Origin: Heterodontus francisci
Lineage: Eukaryota
Assembly: GCF_036365525.1 (NCBI RefSeq)
Contig: NC_090417.1
Location: 186,001-250,000 of the forward strand
Reading direction: 5' to 3'
Length of the DNA stretch: 64,000 nt
The translations under genes were made by a program, and so were the position numbers. Of the stretch, positions 47,779 through 61,299 are shown piece after piece. The notes under the pieces are model-generated. The model ran no database searches. It saw only the letters and a program-made list of their open reading frames with translations, and was not told the origin of the DNA. Every line of letters begins with the position of its first letter. The stretch's first letter is position 1.

Positions 47779-49909
47779 CTATCTTATATTTACGGCCCTT
47801 CATTCCAGAACTGGTAATGTCTTCTCTACATCTACGTCTTATTAAATCATTTCATAATTTTACAGACCTCTTTTAGGTTGTCCCGACTAGATTACGTTGG
47901 ACAAGTGCCATTGCTAACAGCTCTCGGAGTTGAAAGACATGTACCCTGCACCTCTGTATAAAGCAGAACCCTAACAACCAACAGATAATAACAACTTTCA
48001 TCCCATCGCACTTCATCCCAGTCCGGGCTGCATCGAAACCTGCATCTCACAGGTAACAGAAGCATGCTAATCCTCTTCATCAAATTAAAACTTTAAGCAA
48101 GAAATTCACATTAGGCTTAGACTTCAGAGGAAACACTGAGCTGAGGTTACCTCTGTTAAACTAAATTTGAAATGAGATCAAGCTGAATTATTTTATCAAC
48201 TGTGCATTTAGGATTCTCAATCAAATAATGCACAGCATCACAGCCATCAAACAAAACTGGAAGGCTAAACATTTCAAGATGAATACCAAGTATGTGAACT
48301 CAGGTCATAAACCCCCAAATATTCCAAAAAGTTCCAGCATGCTTATTAATAAATTCATTTTTCATCCCTGAAAATCCAAAACTCAGAGAGGAATTAACTG
48401 TATTTCAATATCTGGGACTCGCCTCGCAATCAGTGCCAGGGACTTCTAAATTTCCCTTGCCTGACTCATGCAGTTATTTTTGATCCAAAGCAATCTCTCA
48501 GTCCTTGTGTTTTTACAGTTGAGAGAGTGACAGGATATGAGACGTAGCTGTCAAGAAGGGACAGATAGCATTCCACATGACATCAGCGATTTCCACATTC
48601 CACTTATGCCCAGTCACACAATTAGATTACACACAGGATGTGTGTACACATAAGAATAGCCCGCTGTAGTGAAAGCTTGAAACTTGCATTTATGATCTCT
48701 ATCTCACCTTTTCTGTTCATTATCTCATTTTTCTATAGACCGCATCGTGAAAAGCTACATATATTCATATGCAGGGACCCGTCCTCTGTGGGCAAGAGGA
48801 GCATGTCCAGGTGTTGCGCCTTTTTGAATTAAACAAAAGCATGAGGGGCAATAGTTTCCTGGTGCATTCTCCATGGCAACGCCTCGACCAATCAGAATCG
48901 ACTTGCTAACTAATGAGCCCCTTTTTCTCATGTAGTGGTTGGCTGAAGTTCGGATGGCGGTGGGGTGGCGGGGGGGGGGGGGTGGTGGTGCTGAAGTTTA
49001 TAAGTGCGGGGATGAAATTCAGATTGGGGGGGCAGGTTGTTAATTTGTTAATTGTGAAGTTAATTCACCAACATTGTGTAGGTATGGCCTTTTCGACTAA
49101 AATTGGACTTTGATATGAAAGTGACTCTGTTCTGTTAAAAAATCATTTTTTAAAATAGGAATTTACAGTTAAGCTGCATAAATGTTTTAATATCAAGGGG
49201 ACAGTGAGGGCTGGATTGGAAACAGTGTTACTCTTTGTCACCTGGCTCAGGCTAGGCTTAGGGCAGCAGAGGCAGAAAATTGACAACTCTCCTTTGATTG
49301 GACAAGCCCAGTAGCAGGCACAGAACATCTGGGTGGGCAAAATAACTGCCAAGTTGTTTGTTTGTCAGTCAGTGCGTGTGTCAAGCCTGGAGAAGAAGTC
49401 AAGAATGAACAGAAGACCACAACCCAGCTTCGTTTTGCAATATCTCTGAAGGATCCTGTGACGTCCACTGTGAATTCATCTTGTTTCTTGTATTTCAGGA
49501 AGGCCGGCTAAATTAACACCTGAAGCCCTGGTAGTGAGCTATCTGCATGTGTTCGAAGGTTGAACTGTGTGCCGCTTTGGAACAACATATCTCATGGCTG
49601 TTTACTTTTTAAAAAAAACAAATAATCTACCCAAGCTCCTTTTGTCTGTCACAGAGCTCTGATCTAAAAATTGTTTTTTTTTTTACTTTTTCGGTTAACC
49701 AGAATATATATATAAATTTAATGTTGGATATTTAAAAATGTGATCTATGTGCTTTTTTTTTTACTTCATTATTAGTTACAATTTGTTTTATAGTAAACTG
49801 TTAACTACCATGCTTTAGAGGGGTTCTGGTGTTTGACATTTGCGACAGGGAAACATCAGCCTCAACAGAAATTCCTCGCACTCTTGTGCTTGCGAAATTA
49901 CATCCTGGT

Positions 49910-50220
49910 CTAGGGGGGGCACTGTTTAACAATAAGGGGTCGCCAATTTAAGTCAGAGATGAGGAGAATTTTTTTTCGCTCAGAGGGTCGTGAGTCTTTG
50001 GAATTCTCTTCCTCAAAAGGCGGTGGAAGCAGAGTCTATGAATATTTTTTTAAGGCAGGGGTAGATAAATTCTTGCTGAGAAAGGGGGGGTGAAAGGTTA
50101 TTGGGGGTAGGCGGGAATGTGGAGTTGAGTTTACAACCAGATTAGCTATGATCTTGTTGAATGGCGGAGCAGGCTCGAGGGGCCGAGTGGCCTACTCCTG
50201 CTCCTAATTTGTACGTTCGT
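49910..50220 (+). mobile_element. CR1 3' end
   Basis: Closely resembles 6370-6656. Confidence 0.85.
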
Positions 50221-50591
50221 AGGTCTGGCAATGCCTCAATTTTAAAATGCTCGTCTTGAAATGGCTTCACCCCTCCCTATCTCTGGAGTGGCCTCCGAAC
50301 CCTCCAAGAGAGCTCCCTTCCTCTAATTCTGGCCTCTTGCGCCTGCGGTGTGAAGTGTCAGCAAGATAATAAACCGTGGGGGAAGGGGTCATTGCAAGGA
50401 GTCATTCGCCTTCACTGAGGCTCCACAAGCAGACAGACCCAGCATGGGTCACTGAATGATAAAGGGGGAGTGACAATTTGAATCTGATGCTGTGTCTCTG
50501 CTCTCTTCCCCACTCAATTCCACTTGCGGTGTTTACATGTCACGCTTCAGCTGTTCATAGCAAGTGCCCCACACCTGAAAAGAGAGACACG

Positions 50592-50636
50592 TTGTCGAAA
50601 GGTTTCGCCTTGCACTCATCAGGACAATCCGCAAGA
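50592..50636 (-). ncRNA. Hammerhead motif with mutated stem III, within repeat copy 50575-50915
   Basis: Minus strand: TTGTC-CTGATGA-gtgcaaggc-GAAA-cctt-TC-GACAA. Confidence 0.6.
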
Positions 50637-52329
50637 ATGCCCAATGTCACAAATTTATCCTGTAGGAGAAGAGAGTGCTGATTGGCTGGCAAGTGGACGC
50701 TGATTGGTGGCGGTGTTGCCATGGCGAATGCACCAGTTTATGGCAACTGGCAGTTAACCGCCAAGCCTTGTTCGAAATGTCAAACCGGGCCCGCTTGACT
50801 CTGAGTGGAATGAACCAGTGAACGGCCGTCACTTATTTTGTTCAGCTGAAACAGGCGCAATGTGTGTGCATGTTCTTTCTGTCTGCAAGGAACGGGGCCC
50901 TGTGTCTTAACATACGCCCACCTCATATGGAAGAATGAAGAAAAATTCTCTCTTAGATGCTGCCATATATTTCCAGAAAACTGCATTTAAAAAACAGATC
51001 AGCATTCGATTCAGAATTGGGCCTCGGTCAGCATGGTAAAGTAATCCTGGCAGATTTTAAAGGGAGCATGAGCCTGGCTTTGAATTATTCTTGCACTACG
51101 TTCGCCACCAGCTTTGAAAGGGTTAATGAAAACAAGCCTCAGCTCCGTGCGGTAAGAGGGATGCGGAGTTGCACTTATTTGAGTGCACTTTGACGTTCTG
51201 TTGCTTTTCTGTCAGAGCAGGTGTTGGTCACTCAGACGTGCATCATTTTTTTTTTACTCTGCCTTGCATGCAAGACTATTTGTCTGCAGCAAGACAACGG
51301 AAGTTTTAATTTGACTGTCAGTGGTGGAAAGCACCACTTTTAAACAGGGGAGCGACAGAAGCATTTTACAGACTGCACATGTCGCAGGGGCACAGATTAA
51401 TGCACAGCACTTAACTCTGCGGAGCAGCTCTGCCCGATTCCCTCCGCATCGCCCCTTTGGTCCGGCTGGTTCAGTGGTACACAAGCAGCTGCTCGGACTG
51501 TCCTGTAGCCGCGCCTGCTTGCTCCCTCTCCACTAACTTTCTGCTGAACTTGCGGAAGGAAGTGAGTGAGTGTCGACTGGCAGGGGAGACTTTGAAACAT
51601 GAGACCTGCTTGCTAAGCCAGTGCGGCAGATTAGAAAAGGCTTCACGGTTTAGGGGCCCTCCAGCGGACTGCAGCCACAGGCTGACTTCTGGCGGGTTGG
51701 CTTCGCTGAGAGATGCAGTCAGTCAAATAAGCAGACGGGGTAAGTCGGCAAACTTTACTTCCCACCCGAACCTCGGCAAGCGGGTTCGAGCCGGGACGAG
51801 GCCTCAGATTCCATCAGGCCGTCGGATGTCTCACTCTTTTATGAAGTGTTAGGTCTGAACTGTCTTTATCACATAAACACATCTCATCCTATTTCCCCCC
51901 CACCCCCCCCCCCCCCACCCCACCCCCGCCCCTAGATTAAACACAGACGATCTTTGTTGTTGAAGGGGATCTGTCAACTTGCATTCTTGGTCAATTTGCA
52001 GTCACTTTTGTTGCCAATCTGAATTTGATCTTGGAGACAAATGATCTTTGTACAGGTGCCGTGTCAGTCTGCTGCTGCTGGGCACATTCACCTCCCCCGC
52101 CATCCCCCACTGTGTGACACAATTCCCAGTATAAACACTGAGGGCAAATCCTTGTGACTGAAGTACTTCTCAAAAGATACAAGTGAGTTACTCACTGACA
52201 AGCTTGTTTCTACAGAGCTACCTCAACTACCCAGCTTCAATTAAAATCCCTAAAAATAACACGTGCAGTGATAAAGATCGACTTGCTGCTGAAATAAAGT
52301 CAAAATAGTGAGCCCAGATGGATCCACTA

Positions 52330-52555
52330 TCCCCACACTTCCTTTAAGACCCTAGGAAGTAGGTCATCAGGCCCTGGGGTCTTGTCTGCCTTCAATCCCA
52401 ATAGTCTGCTCAGTACTTTTTCCCCAGTGATGACGATTGTTCTAAGTTCCTCCCTTTCTATAACCTCTGCATTTCCTGTTACTATTGGGATGGTACTAGT
52501 GTCCTCCACCGTGAAAACTGAGGCAAAGTACTGATTTAGAGTCTCCACCAGCCAT
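52330..52555 (-). mobile_element. CR1 ORF2 fragment
   Basis: LNQYFASVFTVED...KTPGPDDLLPRVLKE. Confidence 0.85.
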
Positions 52556-52560
52556 TTTGA

Positions 52561-55500
52561 AGACATCTCCCTGCAAGAGAAGGTACTGAGAGACTAAGTC
52601 AGTGTACAGATATCTCCCTGAGAGAGAGAGACTGAGAGACACCAGTCAATGTACAGATATCTCCCTGTGGCAGAGGGACTGAGAGACACCAGTCAGTGTA
52701 CAGATATCTCCCTGAGAGAGAGACTGAGAGACACCAGTCAATGTACAGATATCTCCCTGAGAGAGAGAGAGACTGAGAGACACCAGTCAATGTACAGATA
52801 TCTCCCTGAGAGAGACAGAGAGACACCAGTCAGTGTCCAGATATCTCCCTGTGGCAGAGGGACTGAGAGACACCAGTAAGTGTACAGATATCTCCCTGAG
52901 AGAGAGACTGAGAGACACCAGTCAATGTACAGATATCTCCCTGAGAGAGAGAGAGACTGAGAGACCAGTCAGTGTACAGATATCTCCCTGAGAGAGAGAC
53001 AGAGAGACACCAGTCAGTGTACAGATATCTCCCTGTGGCAGAGGGACTGAGAGACACCAGTCAGTGTACAGATATCTCCCTGAGAGAGAGACTGAGAGAC
53101 ACCAGTCAATGTACAGATATCTCCCTGAGAGAGAGAGAGACTGAGAGACCAGTCAGTGTACAGATATCTCCCTGAGAGAGAGACTGAGAGACACCAGTCA
53201 GTGTACAGATATCTCCCTGTGGCAGAGGGACTGAGAGACACCAGTCATAGTACAGATATCTCCCTGAGAGAGAGACTGAGAGACACCAGTCAATGTACAG
53301 ATATCTCCCTGAGAGAGAGAGACTGAGAGACACCAGTCAGTGTACAGATATCTCCCTGAGAGAGAGACTGAGAGACACCAGTCAGTGTACAGATATCTCC
53401 CTGTGGCAGAGGGACTGAGAGACACCAGTCAGTGTACAGATATCTCCCTGAGAGAGAGACTGAGAGACACCAGTCAATGTACAGATATCTCCCTGTGGCA
53501 GAGGGACTGAGAGACACCAGTCAGTGTACAGATATCTCCCTGAGAGAGAGACTGAGAGACACCAGTCAGTGTACAGATATCTCCCTGTGGCAGAGGGACT
53601 GAGAGACACCAGTCAATGTACAGATATCTCCCTGAGAGAGAGGGACTGAGAGACACCAGTCAGTGTACAGATATCTCCCTGAGAGAGAGAGAGACTGAGA
53701 GACCAGTCAGTGTACAGATATCTCCCTGTGGCAGAGGGACTGAGAGACAGCAGTCAGTGTACAGATATCTCCCTGAGAGAGAGAGAGACTGAGAGACCAG
53801 TCAGTGTACAGATATCTCCCTGTGGCAGAGGGACTGAGAGACACCAGTCAATGTACAGATATCTCCCTGAGAGAGAGAGAGACTGAGAGACACCAGTCAG
53901 TGTACAGATATCTCCCTGTGGCAGAGGGACTGAGAGACACCAGTCATAGTACAGATATCTCCCTGTGGCAGAGGGACTGAGAGACACCAGTCAGTGTACA
54001 GATATCTCCCTGAGAGAGAGACTGAGAGACACCAGTCAATGTACAGATATCTCCCTGAGAGAGAGAGAGACTGAGAGACACCAGTCAGTGTACAGATATC
54101 TCCCTGTGGGAGAGGGACTGAGAGACACCAGTCAGTGTACAGATATCTCCCTGAGAGAGAGACTGAGAGACACCAGTCAGTGTACAGATATCTCCCTGTG
54201 GCAGAGGGACTGAGAGACACCAGTCAGTGTACAGATATCTCCCTGAGAGAGAGACTGAGAGACACCAGTCAATGTACAGATATCTCCCTGAGAGAGAGAG
54301 AGACTGAGAGACACCAGTCAGTGTACAGATATCTCCCTGAGAGAGAGACTGAGAGACACCAGTCAGTGTACAGATATCTCCCTGTGGCAGAGGGACTGAG
54401 AGACACCAGTCAGTGTACAGATATCTCCCAGTGGCAGAGGGACTGAGAGACACCAGTCAATGTACAGATATCTCCCTGTGGGAGAGGGACTGAGAGACAC
54501 CAGTCAGTGTACAGATATCTCCCTGAGAGAGAGACAGACTGAGAGACACCAGTCAATGTACAGATATCTCCCTGTGGGAGAGGGACTGAGAGACACCAGT
54601 CAGTGTACAGATATCTCCCTGAGAGAGAGAGAGACTGAGAGACACCAGTCAATGTACAGATATCTCCCTGTGGGAGAGGGACTGAGAGACACCAGTCAGT
54701 GTACAGATATCTCCCTGAGAGAGAGAGAGACTGAGAGACACCAGTCAGTGTACAGATATCTCCCTGAGAGAGAGACTGAGAGACACCAGTCAATGTACAG
54801 ATATCTCCCTGTGGCAGGGGGACTGAGAGACACCAGCCAGTGTGCAGATATCTCCCTGTGGGAGAGGGACTGAGAGACACTAGTCAGTGTACAGATATCT
54901 CCCTGAGAGAGAGAGACTGAGAGACACCAGTCAGTGTACAGATATCTCCCTGAGAGAGAGAGAGACTGAGAGACACCAGTCAGTGTACAGATATCTCCCT
55001 GAGAGAGAGAGTCTGAGAGACACCAGTCAGTGTACAGATATCTCCCTGAGAGAGAGAGAGACAGAGAGACACCAGTCAGTGTACAGATACCTCCCTCTGG
55101 GAGAGGGACTGAGAGACACCAGTCAGTGTACAGATATCTCCCTGTGGGAGAGAGAGAGACAGAGAGACACCAGTCAGTGTACAGATATCACTCTGAGAGA
55201 GAGGGGACTGAGAGACAGCAGTCAGTGTACAGATATCACTCTGAGAGAGAGGGGACTGAGAGACAGCAGTCAGTGTACAGATATCTCCCTGAGAGACAGA
55301 GAGACAGAGAGACACCAGTCAGTGTACAGATACCTCCCTGTGGGAGAGGGACTGAGAGACACCAGCCAGTGTACAGATATCAGCCTGAGAGAGAGAGGGA
55401 CTGAGAGACACCAGTCAGTGTGCAAAAATCACACTGAGAGAGAGGGGACTGAGAGACAGCAGTCAGTGTACAGATATCACCCCGAGAGAGAGATACTGAG

Positions 55501-58139
55501 AGACACCAGCCAGTGTACAGATATCTGCCTGAGAGAGATAGGGAGTGAGAGACACCAGTCAGTGTACAGATATCTCCCTGTGGCAGAGGGACTGAGAGAC
55601 ACCAGTCAGTGTACAGATAACTCCCTGAGAGAGAGAGAGACAGAGAGACACCAGTCAGTGTACAGATACCTCCGTGTGGGAGAGGGACTGAGAGACACCA
55701 GCCAGTGTACAGATATCTCCCTGAGAGAGAGAGACTGAGAGACACCAGTCAGTGTACAGATATCTCCCTGAGAGAGAGAGACTGAGAGACACCAGTCAGT
55801 GTACAGATATCTCCCTGTGGAAGAGAGAGAGACTGAGAGACACCAGTCAGTGTACAGATATCTCCCTGTGGGAGAGAGAGAGACAGAGAGACACCAGTCA
55901 GTGTACAGATATCTCCCTGAGAGAGAGAGAGACTGAGAGACACCAGTCAGTGTACAGATATCTCCCTGAGAGAGACAGAGACTGAGAGACACAGTCAGTG
56001 TACAGATATCTCCCTGTGGGAGAGAGAGAGTCTGAGAGACACCAGTCAGTGTACAGATATCTCCCTGAGAGAGAGCAACTGAGAGACACCAGTCAGTGTA
56101 CAGATATCTGCCTGAGAGAGAGAGAGACTGAGAGACACCAGTCAGTGTACAGATATCTCCCTGTGGGAGAGAGAGAGACTGAGAGACACCAGTCAGTGTA
56201 CAGATATGTCCCTGAGAGAGAGAGAATCTGAGAGACACAGTCAGTGTACAGATATCTCCCTGAGAGAGAGAGAGACAGAGAGACACCAGTCAGTGTGCAG
56301 ATATCTCCCTGAGAGAGAGAGAGACTGAGAGACACCAGTCAGTGTACAGATATCTCCCTGTGGGAGAGAGAGAGACTGAGAGACATCAGTCAGTGTACAG
56401 ATATCTCCCTGTGGGAGAGAGAGAGACTGAGAGACACCAGTCAGTGTACAGATATCTCCCTGTGGGGGAGAGAGAGGCAGAGAGACACCAGTCAGTGTAC
56501 AGATATCTCCCTGTGGGAGAGAGAGAGACACACAGTCAGTGTACAGATATCTCCCTGTGGGAGAGAGAGAGACTGAGAGACACCAGTCAGTGTACAGATA
56601 TCTCCCTGAGAGAGAGAGACTGAGAGACACCAGTCAGTGTACAGATATCTCCCTGTGGGAGAGAGAGAGACTGAGAGACACCAGTCAGTGTACAGATATC
56701 TCCCTGAGAGAGAGAGACTGAGAGACACCAGTCAGTGTACAGATATCTCCCTGTGGGAGAGAGAGAGACTGAGAGACACCAGTCAGTGTACAGATATGTC
56801 CCTGAGAGAGAGAGAGACTGAGAGACACAGTCAGTGTACAGATATCTCCCTGAGAGAGAGAAACTGAGAGACACAGTCAGTGTACAGATATCTCCCTGTG
56901 GGAGAGAGAGAGACTGAGAGACACCAGTCAGTGTACAGATATCTCCCTGTGGGAGAGAGAGAGACTGAGAGACACCAGTCAGTGTACAGATACCTCCCTG
57001 TGGGAGAGAGAGAGACTGAGAGACACCAGTCAGTGTACAGATATCTCCCTGAGAGAGAGAGAGAGACTGAGAGACACCAGTCAGTGTACAGATATCTCCC
57101 TGAGAGAGAGAGAGAGACTGAGAGACACAGTCAGTGTACAGATATCTCCCTGTGGGAGAGAGAGAGACTGAGAGACACCAGTCAGTGTACAGATATCTCC
57201 CTGTGGGAGAGAGAGAGACTGAGAGACACCAGTCAGTGTACAGATATCTCCCTGTGGGAGAGAGAGAGACTGAGAGACACCAGTCAGTGTACAGATATCT
57301 CCCTGTGGGAGAGAGAGAGACTGAGAGACACCAGTCAGTGTACAGATATCTCCCTGTGGGAGAGAGAGAGACTGAGAGACACCAGTCAGTGTACAGATAT
57401 CTCCCTGTGGGAGAGAGAGAGACTGAGAGACATCAGTCAGTGTACAGATATGTCCCTGAGAGAGAGAGAGACTGAGAGACACAGTCAGTGTACAGATATC
57501 TCCCTGAGAGAGAGAAACTGAGAGACACAGTCAGTGTACAGATATCTCCCTGTGGGAGAGAGAGAGACTGAGAGACACCAGTCAGTGTACAGATATCTCC
57601 CTGTGGGAGAGAGAGAGACTGAGAGACACCATTCAGTGTACAGATACCTCCCTGTGGGAGAGAGAGAGACTGAGAGACACCAGTCAGTGTACAGATATCT
57701 CCCTGAGAGAGAGAGAGAGACTGAGAGACACCAGTCAGTGTACAGATATCTCCCTGAGAGAGAGAGAGAGACTGAGAGACACAGTCAGTGTACAGATATC
57801 TCCCTGTGGGAGAGAGAGAGACTGAGAGACACCAGTCAGTGTACAGATATCTCCCTGTGGGAGAGAGAGAGACTGAGAGACACCAGTCAGTGTACAGATA
57901 TCTCCCTGTGGGAGAGAGAGAGACTGAGAGACACCAGTCAGTGTACAGATATCTCCCTGTGGGAGAGAGAGAGACTGAGAGACACCAGTCAGTGTACAGA
58001 TATCTCCCTGTGGGAGAGAGAGAGACTGAGAGACACCAGTCAGTGTACAGATATCTCCCTGTGGGAGAGAGAGAGACTGAGAGACACCAGTCAGTGTACA
58101 GATATGTCCCTGAGAGAGAGAAACTGAGAGACACCAGTC
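52561..58139. repeat. 5.6-kb minisatellite, 45-53-bp unit CCAGTCAGTGTACAGATATCTCCCTG(TGG)(GA)nCTGAGAGACA
   Basis: Directly visible; roughly 110-120 units estimated from length. Confidence 0.98.
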
Positions 58140-58737
58140 TAACAACTGTCGTCATCATTCACTGTAAAATCAAAAGCTCCTCAGCCGACATCTTTCAATG
58201 AAACGATGTTTGAAACGTGCTCTGAGTGATGTGGCGCTCTGTGAGCTCTGCAAAGGGCCTCTCGGAAGCTAGAACGCTGGTCCCGTACGATGTTCTGTCT
58301 GTCGAACAGCAAGCTAAGGGGCATAAAATAGGTCACGAGATCCCGGATTCAGATTAAGCCGAGCTGTGACAAGAATTTCCTGTCTTGGTGGGGAATGGCT
58401 GTGAGGTGGATCAAAGTGACTCAAGTCTCGATCTCTGCTGAATGGGATGGTTTCGTCCCAAGTTGCACTCGCTTAGTCCTCATTCAGGGTCGGACAATTG
58501 CCTCTGACGGTCGTTCTTCCGAGCATCTTAAGGTTCTCCAAAGTTACAAACCAATGTGAGTTTGTTGGAATGTTTGCACAGACAAATGTCTCACAGTCAC
58601 TCGAATTATTGTTTTGCAGATCACCATGGCAAACAGCCCACCACAACCATCCAGACTCCGCTGAAAATCCCCGCCCCCCACCCCCGCACTCGACTGCCCG
58701 TGACTTGGCGGGGGTGTCTCCCTTCTGGTACTTGACG

Positions 58738-59772
58738 ATGGATAACTCTGAGTTGCCAAGTCCCACGGATCAGCCAGCCTCCCTGATCGATTCCGATAGT
58801 ACAGGTGGAGGCGGCCACGTCGAAGACAGCACTGGGAGCGGTGCACAAGGCAACATTTTCAGCGTTGACATCTCCGGGTTCTTGGGATTCTTCGGTGCGG
58901 AGACACAGGCTGGCGGCGACTTCTTTGAACCCAACTCTCTCCAGGTCTCCGCCAGCCCAGGTGCGAGCGGGGCAGAGCCCGACCATTCCCCGCACGCGGG
59001 GGATGCCGACGGAGAACGGAACGACGATAACCACAGCGCGGACTGGACTTTCCGTTTGGAAAACAATAGCACGCCCGGTCGGAGTGAGAGTCCCGATTCG
59101 GAGCCAATATGGACCAGTGAGCTCCCAAGCAGCCAGTTTTGTGAGACCCCAGAACACAACGCGGGTGGCTCTCGTCAATCGGGGAGCATCAGTTCACTGG
59201 AAAGCGATGACTGCACACCTTGGGTACAAGCTGTGCTGCTGACCAATAGAGGCAAGGAGACAGAGAACCTGGGGAATGCTGGGGAAAGCACTGAGAGGCT
59301 CCTGAACAATTCAGACTGGATGCTAACCGAGAGCCCAAGTACGTCGGAGCCCTTAACTCCCTCAGTCAGTGAAGAAACCAATGAAGAGCTTTTGAAGGGT
59401 ATCTCTGGAGGCTCAGTCCGAGTACCGGACGCCGCCACGTCGCCCGACGAGGTGATAATGGACCCCGCGGATGCTGTTTATTTGCAAAGCGACGTCTGGC
59501 ATCAGAACCAAGCGTTTGTTCCGATTTCCGCCGCCGAAAGTCCCCCGGCTGAGTGCGAGGCGCCAGCGGATGAGACCGGCCCGGACTCTGCGGCAGTGCC
59601 CATGGACTGCGAGCCACCGAGCAATGCGGTGGCCGACCATGGGGGGGGTGAAGCTCTTGCAGGAAGCCACGACGGATCGAGCACACTGGATTTGGCGTCC
59701 TCCCTGCCCTCGTACTTTGCCTCAGTGCACAAGGAGCTTGTGGTCTGGACCAATGAACCAACCGAGATGGAG
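58738..59772 (+). CDS. PSD4: PSD4-like large N-terminal acidic/Ser-Pro-rich coding exon (exon probably begins at 58620)
   Basis: Long open frame, acceptor ttttgcag| before 58620, ATG MDNSELPSP at 58738, donor GAG|gtaatg; lies upstream of Sec7-like exons; the start codon is uncertain. Confidence 0.65.
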
Positions 59773-60559
59773 GTAATGGTCGCCGGGGATTTCACTGCAT
59801 GGTGGATATGGCGCGGGGGGCACTTGGCAGTGCCATGGTGAGGTTTGCGGGGTTTGGTGAGGGTTCCCGGTTGGACGTTTGGCAGTGCCATGGCAATAAC
59901 GCGGGAGCTTTCTCGTGCCATCTTGATGGTGATGGGGATTGGCAGTGCCAAGAGTAGGGGAGCAGGTGAGTTACCTTCGCACTGCCAACCCAAGCCTTGC
60001 ATATGAACCTTTGACAACTGTGCCCGCTCAGCATAATGTTCAGTTAATGGAGGTTCCACCATTTGCCTATTTGACACTAACTCACAAAAATGCTTTGTAA
60101 AACCATTTGCTCCCCTTTTCGAAAGAATATATTTTATCCAATTGCCCGACTCATTAAAGCCGAGTTGTTTTCATGCTTTCGCAAAACCGGAACCACGAGG
60201 CGAATATTTCAATCCTTTCCTTCCTTCACCTCTTCAGTTCCCCTTGGCTTCTGCTAGACTTTGAGTCAGTCAACAATCGGTGGGGAAAGAGCAACAGGAA
60301 ATGAGTGCGATCGAAAATCGAGATGCAGTGGTGGATCTGCATCAAAGGGAAGCCACAGCTGCAGCTCTGAGCGCCGTTTTGCCCTCCGCATTATTAGGAA
60401 GGATGTTGAGGTGACACCGAGAATGCACAGTGCAGATTCAGTGTTGTCTAGTCTGCGGCATTATAAATTCAATAGCAGGCCTGCAAAGTTGGGGCGGTCT
60501 TCGTTCGAGCAGGGATTATCGCCGATTGGAGAGGAGGTTTTTCAAAGTCCAAATCCCCT

Positions 60560-60960
60560 CTGCACCCTCTCCAAGGACCCTCGCATCCTTCCGAAAGTGC
60601 GGTGGCCAGAACTGCACGCAACACTCCAGTTGGGGCCCAGCCAGACCTTTAGAAAGATTCAGCCTTCTTATACCTCGAGCCTCGATTTTGTTAACCAGCC
60701 TTTTTTTTTGTGCGGTCAAACGCTTGCTCAAAAATCCATGAGAGGCAACATCCCATGGAATTCGCTACCACAGAAAGCAGTTGAGGCCAAAACATTGTAT
60801 GTTTTCAAGAAGGAGTTAGATAGAGCTCTTGGGGTGAAAGGGATCAAAGTGTATGGGGGGAAAGCGGGAACAGGTTACTGAGTTGGATGATCAGCCAATG
60901 ATCATGATGAATGGTAGAGCAGGCTCGAAGGGCCGAACGGCCTACTCCTACTCTCTACGT
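60560..60960. mobile_element. CR1 fragments (minus 60560-60720, plus 3' end 60750-60960)
   Basis: PQLECCVQFWPPHFRKD; WNSLPQKAVEA. Confidence 0.8.
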
Positions 60961-61299
60961 TTCACTGAAAAAACCCTTATCAATGATGGTCACAGCACAG
61001 AAGGAGACCATTCAGCCCTGTGTATCTGTGCTAGCTCTCGGTGAGAGCATCTCACCTAGTCCTACGTCCCCCTGTGAGAATTATCTAGCTCTCTTCACTG
61101 TGGAGCTTGAGTCACACATGGGTCAGACCAGGTAAGGATGGCTGATTTCCCTCCCAAATGGGGTTTTTAAGAGCAAGGCTGCCATTGGATGAGGTTTTAA
61201 TTGCAGATATATCAATTTTTGCTATCGGCCATGGTGGGATTTGAACCCATGTCTCCCATCAATCCCTAAGAGTTAGTCAGAAATAAGCACACATTAATC

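Noticed and set aside
52561-58200. Many ORFs and a CRISPR-like appearance in the tandem array
   Set aside because: The 'spacers' are GA-tract variants rather than unique sequences; no cas genes; eukaryotic context; the ORFs are repeat translations
58544-60077. Several minus-strand ORFs up to 191 aa
   Set aside because: Antisense shadows of the PSD4-like exon
60238-60410. Possible PSD4 exon after a strong polypyrimidine tract
   Set aside because: No phase-consistent acceptor/donor pair found and the 3' part resembles CR1; left unresolved rather than called
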